From a virus: a stretch of 64,000 bases of DNA. The notes beneath the pieces were generated by a model, which had not been told where the DNA came from, searched no databases, and worked only from the letters and a program-made list of their open reading frames with translations. The stretch covers positions 1 to 64,000 of IMG/VR virus record IMGVR_UViG_3300036846_000867. One strand, given 5' to 3'. This document shows positions 16,362 to 24,190 of the stretch, piece by piece. The translations under genes were made by a program, and so were the position numbers. How positions within the stretch are numbered: position 1 is the first letter of the stretch; every line of letters starts with the position of its first letter.

Positions 16362-16582
16362 TGGTTTCCGTCCTTCACACTATGTACGGTACGCCGTAGC
16401 AACTGAGGGCGCGGTGATCGCGACCGATCCGGGGCGGGTTCACCGGCATCCAAAGCATCCTGAACCATCCGCCGCAGTACCCAAGCCACCGGACGGTCGA
16501 GGGCTTCTGCCTTGGCATTGAGCCAGCGCAGTTGGTCAGCCGTATATCGAACACCGACATAACCAATATTGCTGCCAGCCAT
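16358..16582 (-). CDS. Ribbon-helix-helix (CopG/Arc-like) regulator, first gene of the leftward operon
   Basis: IGYVGVRYTADQLRWLNAKAEALDRPVAWVLRRMVQDAL fits a strand-helix-helix pattern. AAGGAGGAG RBS. Confidence 0.6.
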   Translation of the reverse strand: MAGSNIGYVGVRYTADQLRWLNAKAEALDRPVAWVLRRMVQDALDAGEPAPDRSRSPRPQLLRRTVHSVKDGNQ

Positions 16583-16607
16583 AGCTCTCCTCCTTAACGT
16601 TCCACAT

Positions 16608-16636
16608 CATATAACAAGCGACATTTTACAGTTCAA
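16608..16636 (-). promoter_or_regulatory. Leftward early promoter TTGAAC-N17-TATATG
   Basis: Minus-strand read in the AT-rich divergent spacer, ~25 nt upstream of the RHH gene. Confidence 0.6.
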
Positions 16637-16648
16637 TAAAAAAAATCC

Positions 16649-16677
16649 TTGCAATTTCAAATTATCAGGATTATCTA
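16649..16677 (+). promoter_or_regulatory. Rightward promoter TTGCAA-N17-TATCTA, flanked by AATCCT/AGGATT inverted repeat
   Basis: Read directly. IR arms at 16644-16649 and 16665-16670. Leader hairpin GCGGGGA-TCA-TCCCCGC at 16691-16707. Confidence 0.45.
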
Positions 16678-16732
16678 CGCATTACCTGCTGCGGGGATCA
16701 TCCCCGCCAGATGCCAAAACAGGACTAGCCTA

Positions 16733-17143
16733 ATGCCGAACCAAGACCGCAGCCTCGCTTCCATTCGTGTTGCGTTGCCCGAGCGCATCGAGCCTCGAAG
16801 CACCGCACGCTCGCTGGGGGCCAGTGTCCGCTTTTTCTTTATCCCGCTGTTCAACAACAGCGAGGATTTCCGCGCCTATCTCGCCTCGGTCGGCAACGAG
16901 GATTCGATCACCAAGAACCGCCTCTTTGATCGGTTCAAGGCGATCACGATGCTTGTTGCAACGGCGCGCGACGCCGGGGATTACGTCCTTCCCCAGGCAA
17001 CGGAAGGCGAAATCTACAAGCACATCACCAATATCATGCGTCGCGAGGGCCTCGGCCTGCGCGCCCGCAAGGCGTTTCAGCGCCGCGAGGCGGCACGTCT
17101 GCTGGCTGAGCAGGCGCATGGTGAAACCGTCGAGGGCGAATAA
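16733..17143 (+). CDS. Hypothetical protein (136 aa)
   Basis: ORF track 16649-17143 trimmed to ATG 16733 (AGGA 8 nt upstream). Followed by an intrinsic terminator. Confidence 0.55.
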   Translation: MPNQDRSLASIRVALPERIEPRSTARSLGASVRFFFIPLFNNSEDFRAYLASVGNEDSITKNRLFDRFKAITMLVATARDAGDYVLPQATEGEIYKHITNIMRREGLGLRARKAFQRREAARLLAEQAHGETVEGE

Positions 17144-17175
17144 TCTGCTCTCTGCTTGTAGACGTATTGAGGGAA

Positions 17176-17203
17176 GGGGGCCGGTCACACGGCCCCCTTT
17201 TTT
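17176..17203 (+). terminator. Rho-independent terminator
   Basis: GGGGCCG-GTCACA-CGGCCCC stem-loop followed by TTTTTT. Confidence 0.85.
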
Positions 17204-17215
17204 CAGGAGGATCAA

Positions 17216-18316
17216 ATGCCCGTTATTCCACTGCCAAACAGACTAGAATGGCTCGCCGCTGGAATTAAAGATGATATTGCTGCTGCGGAAAGCAGCAATA
17301 CTGTGTGGATTGATCACATGGTCAATGCCGCGATCAAGACTGCCGAGGCCAGAGGAGCATACACAAGCGATATTGCTTTTGGGCAGTGGTGGACGAATCA
17401 CGCTCTGCCATTAAACAAGAACGACCGTGCAGCATTAACAGCAATGGGCAAGCTCCCAGAAGAGATGCGGAGGATTTTCCACGCAACTGACCGTCGCTCC
17501 CTTCAACTTGTCTATAAGACAAACAAGGATCGGTTTCCTAGCACTAGGAAACCGCGCCGCATCAAAACCAACACGACCGGGACGACGGCAACCGCGACAA
17601 CACAAGCCGCTGCGCACGCGGCTCCGACGCCCGTAGCGCCCGGCACCACCGTGCCTCCCCCCAAGCAGAACGCGGCCGAAGCCGGGGATGATGATATGCA
17701 AGCTGAACCACCGGTCGCAGCCGCCAGTGGCCGCAGCCGTCGCGGTCTATCGACACCAAGGCTCGATCAGGCCCGTGCCATCATCCGTCGCTATCTCGAT
17801 GCCAACGAGCCGGTCAACCCCCACAAGCTGCAAGAAATTCACGGCATCTCACATGTCACATTCGACATGGCGATCACCGCCGAGCTTGCCGTGCGTGAAG
17901 CCGCCGAGCCGCAGATCGACATCAACACGTTCGCGCCTACGACAAAAGCCAAACTGGAAATGTGGAAGCGCCAGGAAACGCGGCGGCTCAACGCAGAACA
18001 TGCGCAGCGCATGGCGCAGATTGACGAAGAAATCCGCCGACAGGTTGTCGAGCGTGGGGCGCAATATCGTGAGCAAGCACAGGCCCGCGAAGCCGAAGCA
18101 CGGAAAACTGAAGCCTCGTTCCGCCGCCTGATCAACAACCGCCAGTTCGCGTTTACGACCGAGCAATTCCGCGCGATCCTCGCCTGCCTCCATCCCGACA
18201 GCGTTAATCAGGCCGGAGAGCGAACCGTCACCGTCGAACGTCTTAATACGGCATTCTCGCTGTTCAGGGCAAAACGCCTGCAACTGACCGGCGAAGAGGA
18301 TGTCCGCCAGTCATAA
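17216..18316 (+). CDS. Hypothetical protein (366 aa), coiled-coil C-terminal half
   Basis: ORF track. AGGAGG RBS. Confidence 0.65.
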   Translation: MPVIPLPNRLEWLAAGIKDDIAAAESSNTVWIDHMVNAAIKTAEARGAYTSDIAFGQWWTNHALPLNKNDRAALTAMGKLPEEMRRIFHATDRRSLQLVYKTNKDRFPSTRKPRRIKTNTTGTTATATTQAAAHAAPTPVAPGTTVPPPKQNAAEAGDDDMQAEPPVAAASGRSRRGLSTPRLDQARAIIRRYLDANEPVNPHKLQEIHGISHVTFDMAITAELAVREAAEPQIDINTFAPTTKAKLEMWKRQETRRLNAEHAQRMAQIDEEIRRQVVERGAQYREQAQAREAEARKTEASFRRLINNRQFAFTTEQFRAILACLHPDSVNQAGERTVTVERLNTAFSLFRAKRLQLTGEEDVRQS

Positions 18317-18442
18317 AAGGACCGGGCGCGTACAAGGCTCATCACGGGGAAACGGGAGGAAGCCTGTTTGGAAGGAGCGCGCCCGGCCAAGTAAACTGAC
18401 AGGGATAAGCCCCAAGCTCTATAGCACGGGCTCGGCCTGCGG
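18314..18442. repeat. Structured direct repeat, copy 1 (~125 bp)
   Basis: Starts at TAA of the plus-strand gene. 9-bp stem CCGGGCGCG (18322-18330) pairs with CGCGCCCGG (18378-18386). 24-nt block CTATAGCACGGGCTCGGCCTGCGG is identical to 21631-21654. Confidence 0.85.
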
Positions 18443-18460
18443 TCATGATCGATTTCGTGG

Positions 18461-19051
18461 TCAGTCATTTATCTCCCGTAAGAAAGCAGCACGCTCCTCT
18501 TCGGAAGCACGCTTCCAGACACGGAGTAGATCATCGAGCGGTGTTACCGGCTTGATGATCCCCGCCGCCAGAGCGGCAGCACGTGCCGAACGAAATTCGC
18601 GATTGGCTAAACGTTGGGCGTATTCCGGTGCGTCACGCTTGAGCCGGGCGACGAGATAGGCAGCGGTGGTGCCGTGACTAGGCAAGCTTCTAATAGAAGC
18701 TTGCTCGTCAGCCTTCGTCCTATCCCCACCGGGGAAAGCCAGTTCCGGCACGCCGTCCTCCTGCGCCAGGGCCTGCGCCAGCGTCAGCCGCCGCTCGATG
18801 TGCTCGCGGCGCATGCGAAAGCCGTTACCGTCCGCACAGAAATCATCAAAGCTGCGAAACGGCTGCTGCCGCATGTTCTTTAAGAGACGCCACGCCTCAG
18901 AATCACGAATTGACGTGTAAAGCGCCTCGGCAACATCGCGCCGCCAGCGTGTCGCATGAAATACGCTCAAGAATTCCGCCCGCTTGAGGACAATCCAGGC
19001 CGTCGTTCCATAAGGCGGATCAGGGCCTCTAAGCGGTAGCGCTACCGTCAT
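18461..19051 (-). CDS. Hypothetical, possibly DNA-binding protein (196 aa)
   Basis: ORF track 18461-19057. ATG 19051 preferred (GGAGA 7 nt upstream). The motif HGTTAAYLVARLKRDAPEYAQRLANREFRSARAAALAAGI recurs in phage/plasmid proteins (from memory). Confidence 0.6.
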   Translation of the reverse strand: MTVALPLRGPDPPYGTTAWIVLKRAEFLSVFHATRWRRDVAEALYTSIRDSEAWRLLKNMRQQPFRSFDDFCADGNGFRMRREHIERRLTLAQALAQEDGVPELAFPGGDRTKADEQASIRSLPSHGTTAAYLVARLKRDAPEYAQRLANREFRSARAAALAAGIIKPVTPLDDLLRVWKRASEEERAAFLREIND

Positions 19052-21053
19052 TTTCATTCTCCAATGCCGTCAGAAACATGGCTACTTTGATCAATTCTTC
19101 AGTTGACATCAGTTCCCGCGCCTTGCCAAACCGTCGCATGATCAACCCGTTGGTTGTTCCCCAAGGCCAACCACGCCGCGCATCCAAAGCCCTGCTGCGT
19201 GGTTCAATTGATGCCTTTAGTCTCTCCTCATGCTCCCGACGCCCGATAATCGGCGCGGGAGCTTTACGGGTGGGTATCGGCGGCATACCACACAGCGCCT
19301 CGGCAAAATCATGCATCTCAATTGGCGTTATCGGAAGATCGAACTGCTTAGCCAAATTGACATAATGCGCCGACAATTCGGATGTTAGCTCTGACTTCCC
19401 CAACTCATGGGCATGTAAATCGGTAAGCTCCGAACTTATATGAAAAATCCCCGCTCCAGGAGATGACGAAGAAGAAGGCGAAGACGACGCGCCATCAGGA
19501 TCGTTGTCATCACGGTCTAGTAAACTCTCCTGTTGCTCCTCTTCAATACGCTTAGTCACTTCGAGCATCAACGGATCGTTAAAAGTGACAACGAGCGCCC
19601 GCGTCTGCTTACCGTGCCGTCGTACCACACGCGCAATCGCTTGCTCGATATAAGCACGCGTGCGGTAGACACAACACAAGGCCATGTGCGATGCAGCAGG
19701 CGCGTCCATACCAATATAAGCCTTGCCCACAGTGATCAGAATATCATATCTACTACGGCAAAAATCTCTAATGACAGCATCGGCGTTTGGCTCGTCGGTA
19801 ATCGCCAGACCAACACGAAGATGAGGATAATTCCGGCGCATCCAGTCTCTTCGCTTTGTCGCATTTGGTTGGCTCTCAACTACAATAATCGCCTGACAAT
19901 CCGGATGTTGTCGCCTCGCCTGTTTCCAGCAATCGAGCATCTCGATAATAGCAGCAGTGGCAGCATCTCCCGTCACCGCAGCCCGTATCTGATCACGGAT
20001 TTCTGCCTCGTCGTCACTGCCAAATTTATCAAATTTTTTCTCATTACCATCACGATCAAGATACTCAACCTTAGCATCATGACGATGAAACTCGACAGGA
20101 AGAATAGCCTGAGGCTTAGCATTTAACGCTTGTGTGCGAGAATACTGAATTGTTATCCAGTCAGGATGCACCAGATCAATATTACCATCTGGTGTATAAG
20201 GAACAAAAGCACATGGCCTCCCGTCACCACGATATAAACCGCCGCTCATAATAACCAAAACGGCTGCTCGCTCGACCAGTGGTCGGATTGCTCGTATCCA
20301 TACTTTATCAGTCGAGACAAATTGTTCCTCATCCAGAAACAAAGCATAACGCTTACGCTTAAATTCTTCGAGATGCATATCGGGATCGGCGATAATCGAT
20401 TGATATGTCGTTATATATCCCCGCGCGCCACGACACGGATCGGCGACATTGTCAGCCGCTCGGTAACTGGGATGTTCGACTCCATAAGTGTCAAGCAATC
20501 CAGCGAGGAATTTCGGTATAATCTCTCCCTGCGCCCGCAGGCTCGAACGCGGTGTGAGCCAACAAAAACCGTTGGCAATTCTTTCCGCTATTGCAGTCTG
20601 AGCAAGATAGGGAAGCGTCTGCTTGCCGCCGCCCGGTGTCACCAAAGCCATGATCCGTGTTCTTGTACCCGGCTCGCCAAACCGCAAACAAACTTCGAAA
20701 AACTCACGCTGAAACGAACGCGCTTCCAATCTTTGTGAAATAGCTTGTATGATAGATGAACGCATGATTTTTCCTCCCTTACTTAGGTTACAAAGAACAC
20801 ACAAAGCCTGCATTTCATGTTGATTTGTTCTGTGGCTCAGTCGCCACGGAATAATGTGATCCGCGTGCCAGCCCTTTGGCGGCAGGGGATCACCACAGCG
20901 CGCACAACGACCGTCCGCCGCATACCACAAGCGATTGCGCGCCCGTGATGAACGCAGCAGCCGGGGCGAATTTTTTGGTGACACCGGTCTCATAGGTAGA
21001 ATCTGACCATCCTCACAAACAAGATGGGCATCGTCTTCTGGGACCGGGATCAC
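19029..21053 (-). CDS. HNH endonuclease domain fused to an SF2 (ResIII/DEAD-like) helicase
   Basis: GTG start. HNH CARCG..HADHIIPW..CVLCNLSKG. Helicase motifs TPGGGKQT, FLDEEQ, ITVGKAYIGMDAP, QAIARVVRR. Internal AAGGGAGGAAAAATC-ATG at 20765. Confidence 0.8.
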   Translation of the reverse strand: MIPVPEDDAHLVCEDGQILPMRPVSPKNSPRLLRSSRARNRLWYAADGRCARCGDPLPPKGWHADHIIPWRLSHRTNQHEMQALCVLCNLSKGGKIMRSSIIQAISQRLEARSFQREFFEVCLRFGEPGTRTRIMALVTPGGGKQTLPYLAQTAIAERIANGFCWLTPRSSLRAQGEIIPKFLAGLLDTYGVEHPSYRAADNVADPCRGARGYITTYQSIIADPDMHLEEFKRKRYALFLDEEQFVSTDKVWIRAIRPLVERAAVLVIMSGGLYRGDGRPCAFVPYTPDGNIDLVHPDWITIQYSRTQALNAKPQAILPVEFHRHDAKVEYLDRDGNEKKFDKFGSDDEAEIRDQIRAAVTGDAATAAIIEMLDCWKQARRQHPDCQAIIVVESQPNATKRRDWMRRNYPHLRVGLAITDEPNADAVIRDFCRSRYDILITVGKAYIGMDAPAASHMALCCVYRTRAYIEQAIARVVRRHGKQTRALVVTFNDPLMLEVTKRIEEEQQESLLDRDDNDPDGASSSPSSSSSPGAGIFHISSELTDLHAHELGKSELTSELSAHYVNLAKQFDLPITPIEMHDFAEALCGMPPIPTRKAPAPIIGRREHEERLKASIEPRSRALDARRGWPWGTTNGLIMRRFGKARELMSTEELIKVAMFLTALENENDGSATA

Positions 21054-21136
21054 AGCCTAAACAGAAACCAGCACGGCAGGCAATCGCTTTTTCGCTCCTT
21101 GGCCGGGGCACACCAGAGATCGAGCGTCCAAAATAT

Positions 21137-21176
21137 CGCTACGTATTGACATACGTAGCGGCTCACGTCATATAAC
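21137..21176 (+). promoter_or_regulatory. Promoter with operator palindrome: CGCTACGTAT-TGAC-ATACGTAGCG spanning the -35 TTGACA; -10 CATATAAC
   Basis: Perfect 10-bp inverted repeat at 21137-21160. TTGACA at 21146-21151. TATAAC at 21171-21176. Confidence 0.6.
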
Positions 21177-21200
21177 CGTCTCCTTACCGAGGAGAACGAC

Positions 21201-21533
21201 ATGAGCTATGTAAAGCCCCAGGACGCAGTATCGCCAGTGGCGCATCTGACGATGATCGCGGTGCTCTACGACAACGGACCGGGAGAGGATGCCAGCGCGG
21301 TCATCGAATGGGACGGCGAGCGCCGCATCGGGACGCGCTATAATGGCGATGACGACCATAATCCGGCCGGTCATCCGCAATCCCACGGCCACGCCACGTG
21401 GTTCGTTCAGCCGCCGCAATTCAACGAGGGGATCATCGCCTGCCTGCCGGAAAAGAAGCAGGCGCTCGCCACGGCGCTGCTCGACGGCGAGGACCGTTCG
21501 ATCATCCGCCGCCTGGAAGCCGCCGACGCCTAA
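21201..21533 (+). CDS. Hypothetical protein (110 aa)
   Basis: ORF track. GAGGAG RBS. Ends at the TAA that begins repeat copy 2. Confidence 0.6.
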   Translation: MSYVKPQDAVSPVAHLTMIAVLYDNGPGEDASAVIEWDGERRIGTRYNGDDDHNPAGHPQSHGHATWFVQPPQFNEGIIACLPEKKQALATALLDGEDRSIIRRLEAADA

Positions 21534-21654
21534 AAAGAGCCGGGCGCAGACACAGGCTGTGTCGTCAAAGGGAGGCTGGAGAAGCCTGAGAAGCGCGCCC
21601 GGCCAAGGAGACCATTCTAGGGGAGCCCCCCTATAGCACGGGCTCGGCCTGCGG
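21531..21654. repeat. Structured direct repeat, copy 2
   Basis: 9-bp stem GCCGGGCGC (21539-21547) pairs with GCGCCCGGC (21595-21603). Shares the GAAGCCTG, AGCGCGCCCGGCCAAG and CTATAGCACGGGCTCGGCCTGCGG blocks with copy 1. Confidence 0.85.
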
Positions 21655-22092
21655 CACAAGCAGCGGCAGCAGCCCAGAGCGCCAATATCCGGGATACGCG
21701 ATGTTCATGATGCGGCTGATATCGCTCAAGCCATCGAGCAGCGATTTCGTGTCGGCCTTCAGATCGCGCGCCGCATAATAGGCAGCGATGGCCCGGATGC
21801 AGAGCAGCACCAAGCCACAGCGCTGCGTCTCGTTCAAACCGCTAATCTGTTCGCCGAACCAGTCGTACAAGGCGATGGTCTGGACATCGATTTGCAATTT
21901 GCGCAACTGCACCACGGCAACATGGATGCGCGTAATATCGAACAGGGCATCGGCGACATACTGCGCCTCCCGCGACAGGGGAGAACGGTTGCCGCCCTTG
22001 AGATCGGCAAGCTTCGCCTCGATCCGGTCGCGCTCGTAGCGATCCAGTCCCTCGATGGCGGCGATGATGTCGTCCAGTTCCATCCCTGCCAT
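21631..22092 (-). CDS. Hypothetical protein (153 aa)
   Basis: ORF track. Its stop codon lies in the first 3 nt of the conserved 24-nt repeat block. Confidence 0.6.
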   Translation of the reverse strand: MAGMELDDIIAAIEGLDRYERDRIEAKLADLKGGNRSPLSREAQYVADALFDITRIHVAVVQLRKLQIDVQTIALYDWFGEQISGLNETQRCGLVLLCIRAIAAYYAARDLKADTKSLLDGLSDISRIMNIAYPGYWRSGLLPLLVPQAEPVL

Positions 22093-22130
22093 AATAGGAG
22101 CACCATTCGATATTTCAACCGGAACCCCGT

Positions 22131-22241
22131 TTATCGTTTTTGGCTTCGCCGTTCGACAATGGCATTGAAGGCTATCAGGCCGAAGAAGATCGCGGCTATC
22201 CCGACGAAGAAAATTCCGATGTAGAAAAGCGGCTCATCCAT
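22131..22241 (-). CDS. Possible micro membrane protein (36 aa)
   Basis: Own translation MDEPLFYIGIFFVGIAAIFFGLIAFNAIVERRSQKR. GAGGGA lies immediately upstream (short spacing). Confidence 0.3.
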   Translation of the reverse strand: MDEPLFYIGIFFVGIAAIFFGLIAFNAIVERRSQKR

Positions 22242-22345
22242 CCTTCCCTCACGAACGAAATCTGGCAGCCGAACCGTACTAGTGGGGGACGCCCCTGTAG
22301 AAAACGTCTAGGCTTCCTAACCGCTGGCAGACCGGGAGAGATAGT

Positions 22346-22564
22346 CTGCCAATAAATTTCGGCTTGAGCAGGCTCCAGTTTCCAGTTTCCCCGTTTCGGC
22401 TTTAGCAGGCTACAGCTTCCCCTGTTTCCCCGTTTCGGCTTTAGCAGGCTACAGCTTCCCCTGTTTCCCCGTTTCGGCTTTAGCAGGCTACAGCTTCCCC
22501 TGTTTCCCCGTTTCGGCTTTAGCAGGCTACAGCTTCCAGCTTCAGCAGGCTTCCCCCCCCCCCC
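22346..22564. repeat. 39-bp tandem (iteron-like) array, ~5 copies, ending in a C12 tract
   Basis: Unit GTTTCCCCGTTTCGGCTTTAGCAGGCTACAGCTTCCCCT starts at 22385, 22424, 22463 and 22502. A degenerate copy lies upstream. C12 at 22553-22564. Confidence 0.95.
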
Positions 22565-23171
22565 TTTCCTGTCTAACTCCTGCTACAGCCGTCATATTCA
22601 CACGGGTTGGGGCTGACGGCAGACTACCCCCGTTTCCGGGAGTAATCTGCTTCAGAGCTTCACACTGGGAGCGCCTTAGACAGAAGGGTTCTCGCGAGCT
22701 TCCATCAACTGGAAGCTCCGGGCGGCGTGCATTGTCCCGGTTTTAATCGCTGTTCCACAACACGCGGTGGTCCATCACCGATAGCCAAACCCCGACAAAT
22801 CGGTGACCAAGCAGGGCATCGCGCAGAGACGCGCGACCGCTACGTCTTTCGTCTGCCTTCAAGTGGTGGTAGCTACGATCATCGCCTCACCCACCGGGAG
22901 GGGTTTCATGCCCTCCACGCGATCTAGGCCATCGCACCAGTGCTACCTATGGCTTTTCTTGCTTATCCCGCGACCAGTTCTGCGGCTTGCTATTCCTAAC
23001 GCTCTCTTCTTGCTCCGAAACGTGAGGGGCTTATCCGCAAGCGATTGCGTCTTATCCAGCCACATATCATTGCGTTGCTCTCGTATGAGCCTTTGCAATT
23101 CTTCCTGACGGCTGGACATGCGTGCCCCCGCTTCAGAAGCGATATTTTTACTTTGCGGGAGCAGGACTGAT

Positions 23172-23187
23172 TGCGTATATATACGCA
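23172..23187. repeat. Perfect 16-bp palindrome TGCGTATATATACGCA
   Basis: Read directly, in a non-coding region. Confidence 0.9.
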
Positions 23188-23307
23188 GGCAGTTCCGCTC
23201 TGCCGCACGTCGATGGGCGCGATCAACGCCGCATCGGCATCTCGGTCCTAGCACCGAAAGGAACCGCCGCGCAAGGCCATTTGTGCGGCGGTTTTCTTTT
23301 GTGGCGA

Positions 23308-23315
23308 GGTATAAT
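23308..23315 (+). promoter_or_regulatory. GGTATAAT promoter-like box 20 nt upstream of ORF 23336
   Basis: Read directly. No clear -35. Confidence 0.35.
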
Positions 23316-23335
23316 CTTCCTTGGGAGGAATCACC

Positions 23336-23992
23336 ATGCTCCACGCCTCGATCACCGACATCCCGATGCCCGACCGGATCAAGCGCCTGCCGCTCGACCA
23401 CCGGGGCTTTCCGGTCCCCTGGTTTGTCGCCTTCGTCCGGGGGCAGCCCGATCACCGCGTCGCCCGCGCCGAGGCGATAGGACCGGCGGTCAAACAACAT
23501 CTCTGCTGGATTTGCGGCCAGCCGCTTGGCCGCTACCAAGTTAGTCTGATCGGCTGCATGTGCGCCATCAACCGCGTCATCTCGGAACCGCCCTCGCACC
23601 GCGACTGCGCCGAATATTCGGCGCGGGCCTGCCCGTTCCTGGCCCGGCCGCAGATGCATCGCCGCGAGGCTGGCCTACCGGAGGATCGCGTCGAGGCCGC
23701 CGGTTTCGGCCTCAAGCGCAATCCCGGCGTCGTCTGCCTGTGGATCAGCCGCGAGCCGCCAAAGCCGTTCCGCGCCGCCTTCGGTCAGGCTGGCACGCTG
23801 TTCAAGCTCGGCGAGCCCGACGAGACTATCTGGTACAGGGAGGGCCGGTTGGCGACGCGGCAGGAAGTTATCGACGCCATCGAGGATGGGCTGCCCAATC
23901 TGCTGGCCCCGGCCCAGGAGGAGGGACCGAGGGCAGTCGCCGAACTGGAGCGGCTGCACAGGCAGGCCCTCAACCATCTGCCAGCCGCGTAA
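23336..23992 (+). CDS. Conserved Cys-rich phage protein of unknown function (218 aa)
   Basis: ORF track 23321 trimmed to ATG 23336 (GGGAGGA RBS). Motifs RGFPVPWF, CWICGQPLG, HRDCAEYSARACPFL. Confidence 0.65.
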   Translation: MLHASITDIPMPDRIKRLPLDHRGFPVPWFVAFVRGQPDHRVARAEAIGPAVKQHLCWICGQPLGRYQVSLIGCMCAINRVISEPPSHRDCAEYSARACPFLARPQMHRREAGLPEDRVEAAGFGLKRNPGVVCLWISREPPKPFRAAFGQAGTLFKLGEPDETIWYREGRLATRQEVIDAIEDGLPNLLAPAQEEGPRAVAELERLHRQALNHLPAA

Positions 23993-24026
23993 ATTCCCTG
24001 TTTTTCCCTGATAAAACAGGGAATTT
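23991..24026 (+). terminator. Perfect 14-bp hairpin starting at the stop codon (terminator-like, no U-tract)
   Basis: AAATTCCCTGTTTT-TCCCTGAT-AAAACAGGGAATTT. Confidence 0.55.
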
Positions 24027-24033
24027 GGCAGGG

Positions 24034-24096
24034 AGTTGGAAGATTGGAAAAAGTTGGAAAAAGTTGGAGAAGTTGGCAGGAGTTGCCAACTTCTCC
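24034..24096 (+). repeat. Five ~10-bp-phased AGTTGGA-type boxes followed by a perfect 12-bp hairpin
   Basis: Boxes at 24034, 24042, 24052, 24062 and 24071. Hairpin GGAGAAGTTGGC-AGGAGTT-GCCAACTTCTCC at 24066-24096. Confidence 0.85.
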
Positions 24097-24159
24097 ACAG
24101 GCCCCTCCGCCAAGCCACGGACGAACCATAAAAAAATGAAACAGGATTAAACCACCGGC

Positions 24160-24190
24160 TTGACATATGGCTTGCTATCCCTTATATGTA
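24160..24190 (+). promoter_or_regulatory. Class I promoter CTTGACATATGG-N-TATATGTAGCG
   Basis: TTGACA at 24160-24165, then 18 nt, then ATATGTA. Same geometry as 8 other sites. Confidence 0.65.

Noticed and set aside
16122-16582. The RHH protein plus the downstream 79-aa ORF as a toxin-antitoxin pair
   Set aside because: The 79-aa product is acidic and helical with no RelE/ParE/MazF-like features. The pair sits at the head of the early operon, where an RHH repressor is expected.
21201-21533. The 110-aa ORF as QueD (SHGH motif)
   Set aside because: It has a single HGH tripeptide. It lacks the Cys/His/Glu pattern and the N-terminal beta-strand motifs of 6-carboxytetrahydropterin synthases.
22346-22564. 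The 39-bp repeat array as a CRISPR array
   Set aside because: The units are directly adjacent with no spacers, the copies degenerate at the ends, and no cas genes are present. It is a tandem (iteron-like) repeat.
22600-23330. A tRNA, tmRNA or attP core in the non-coding hub
   Set aside because: No cloverleaf or T-loop consensus was found by eye, and there is no repeat matching sequence near the integrases. This cannot be excluded without tRNAscan/Infernal.
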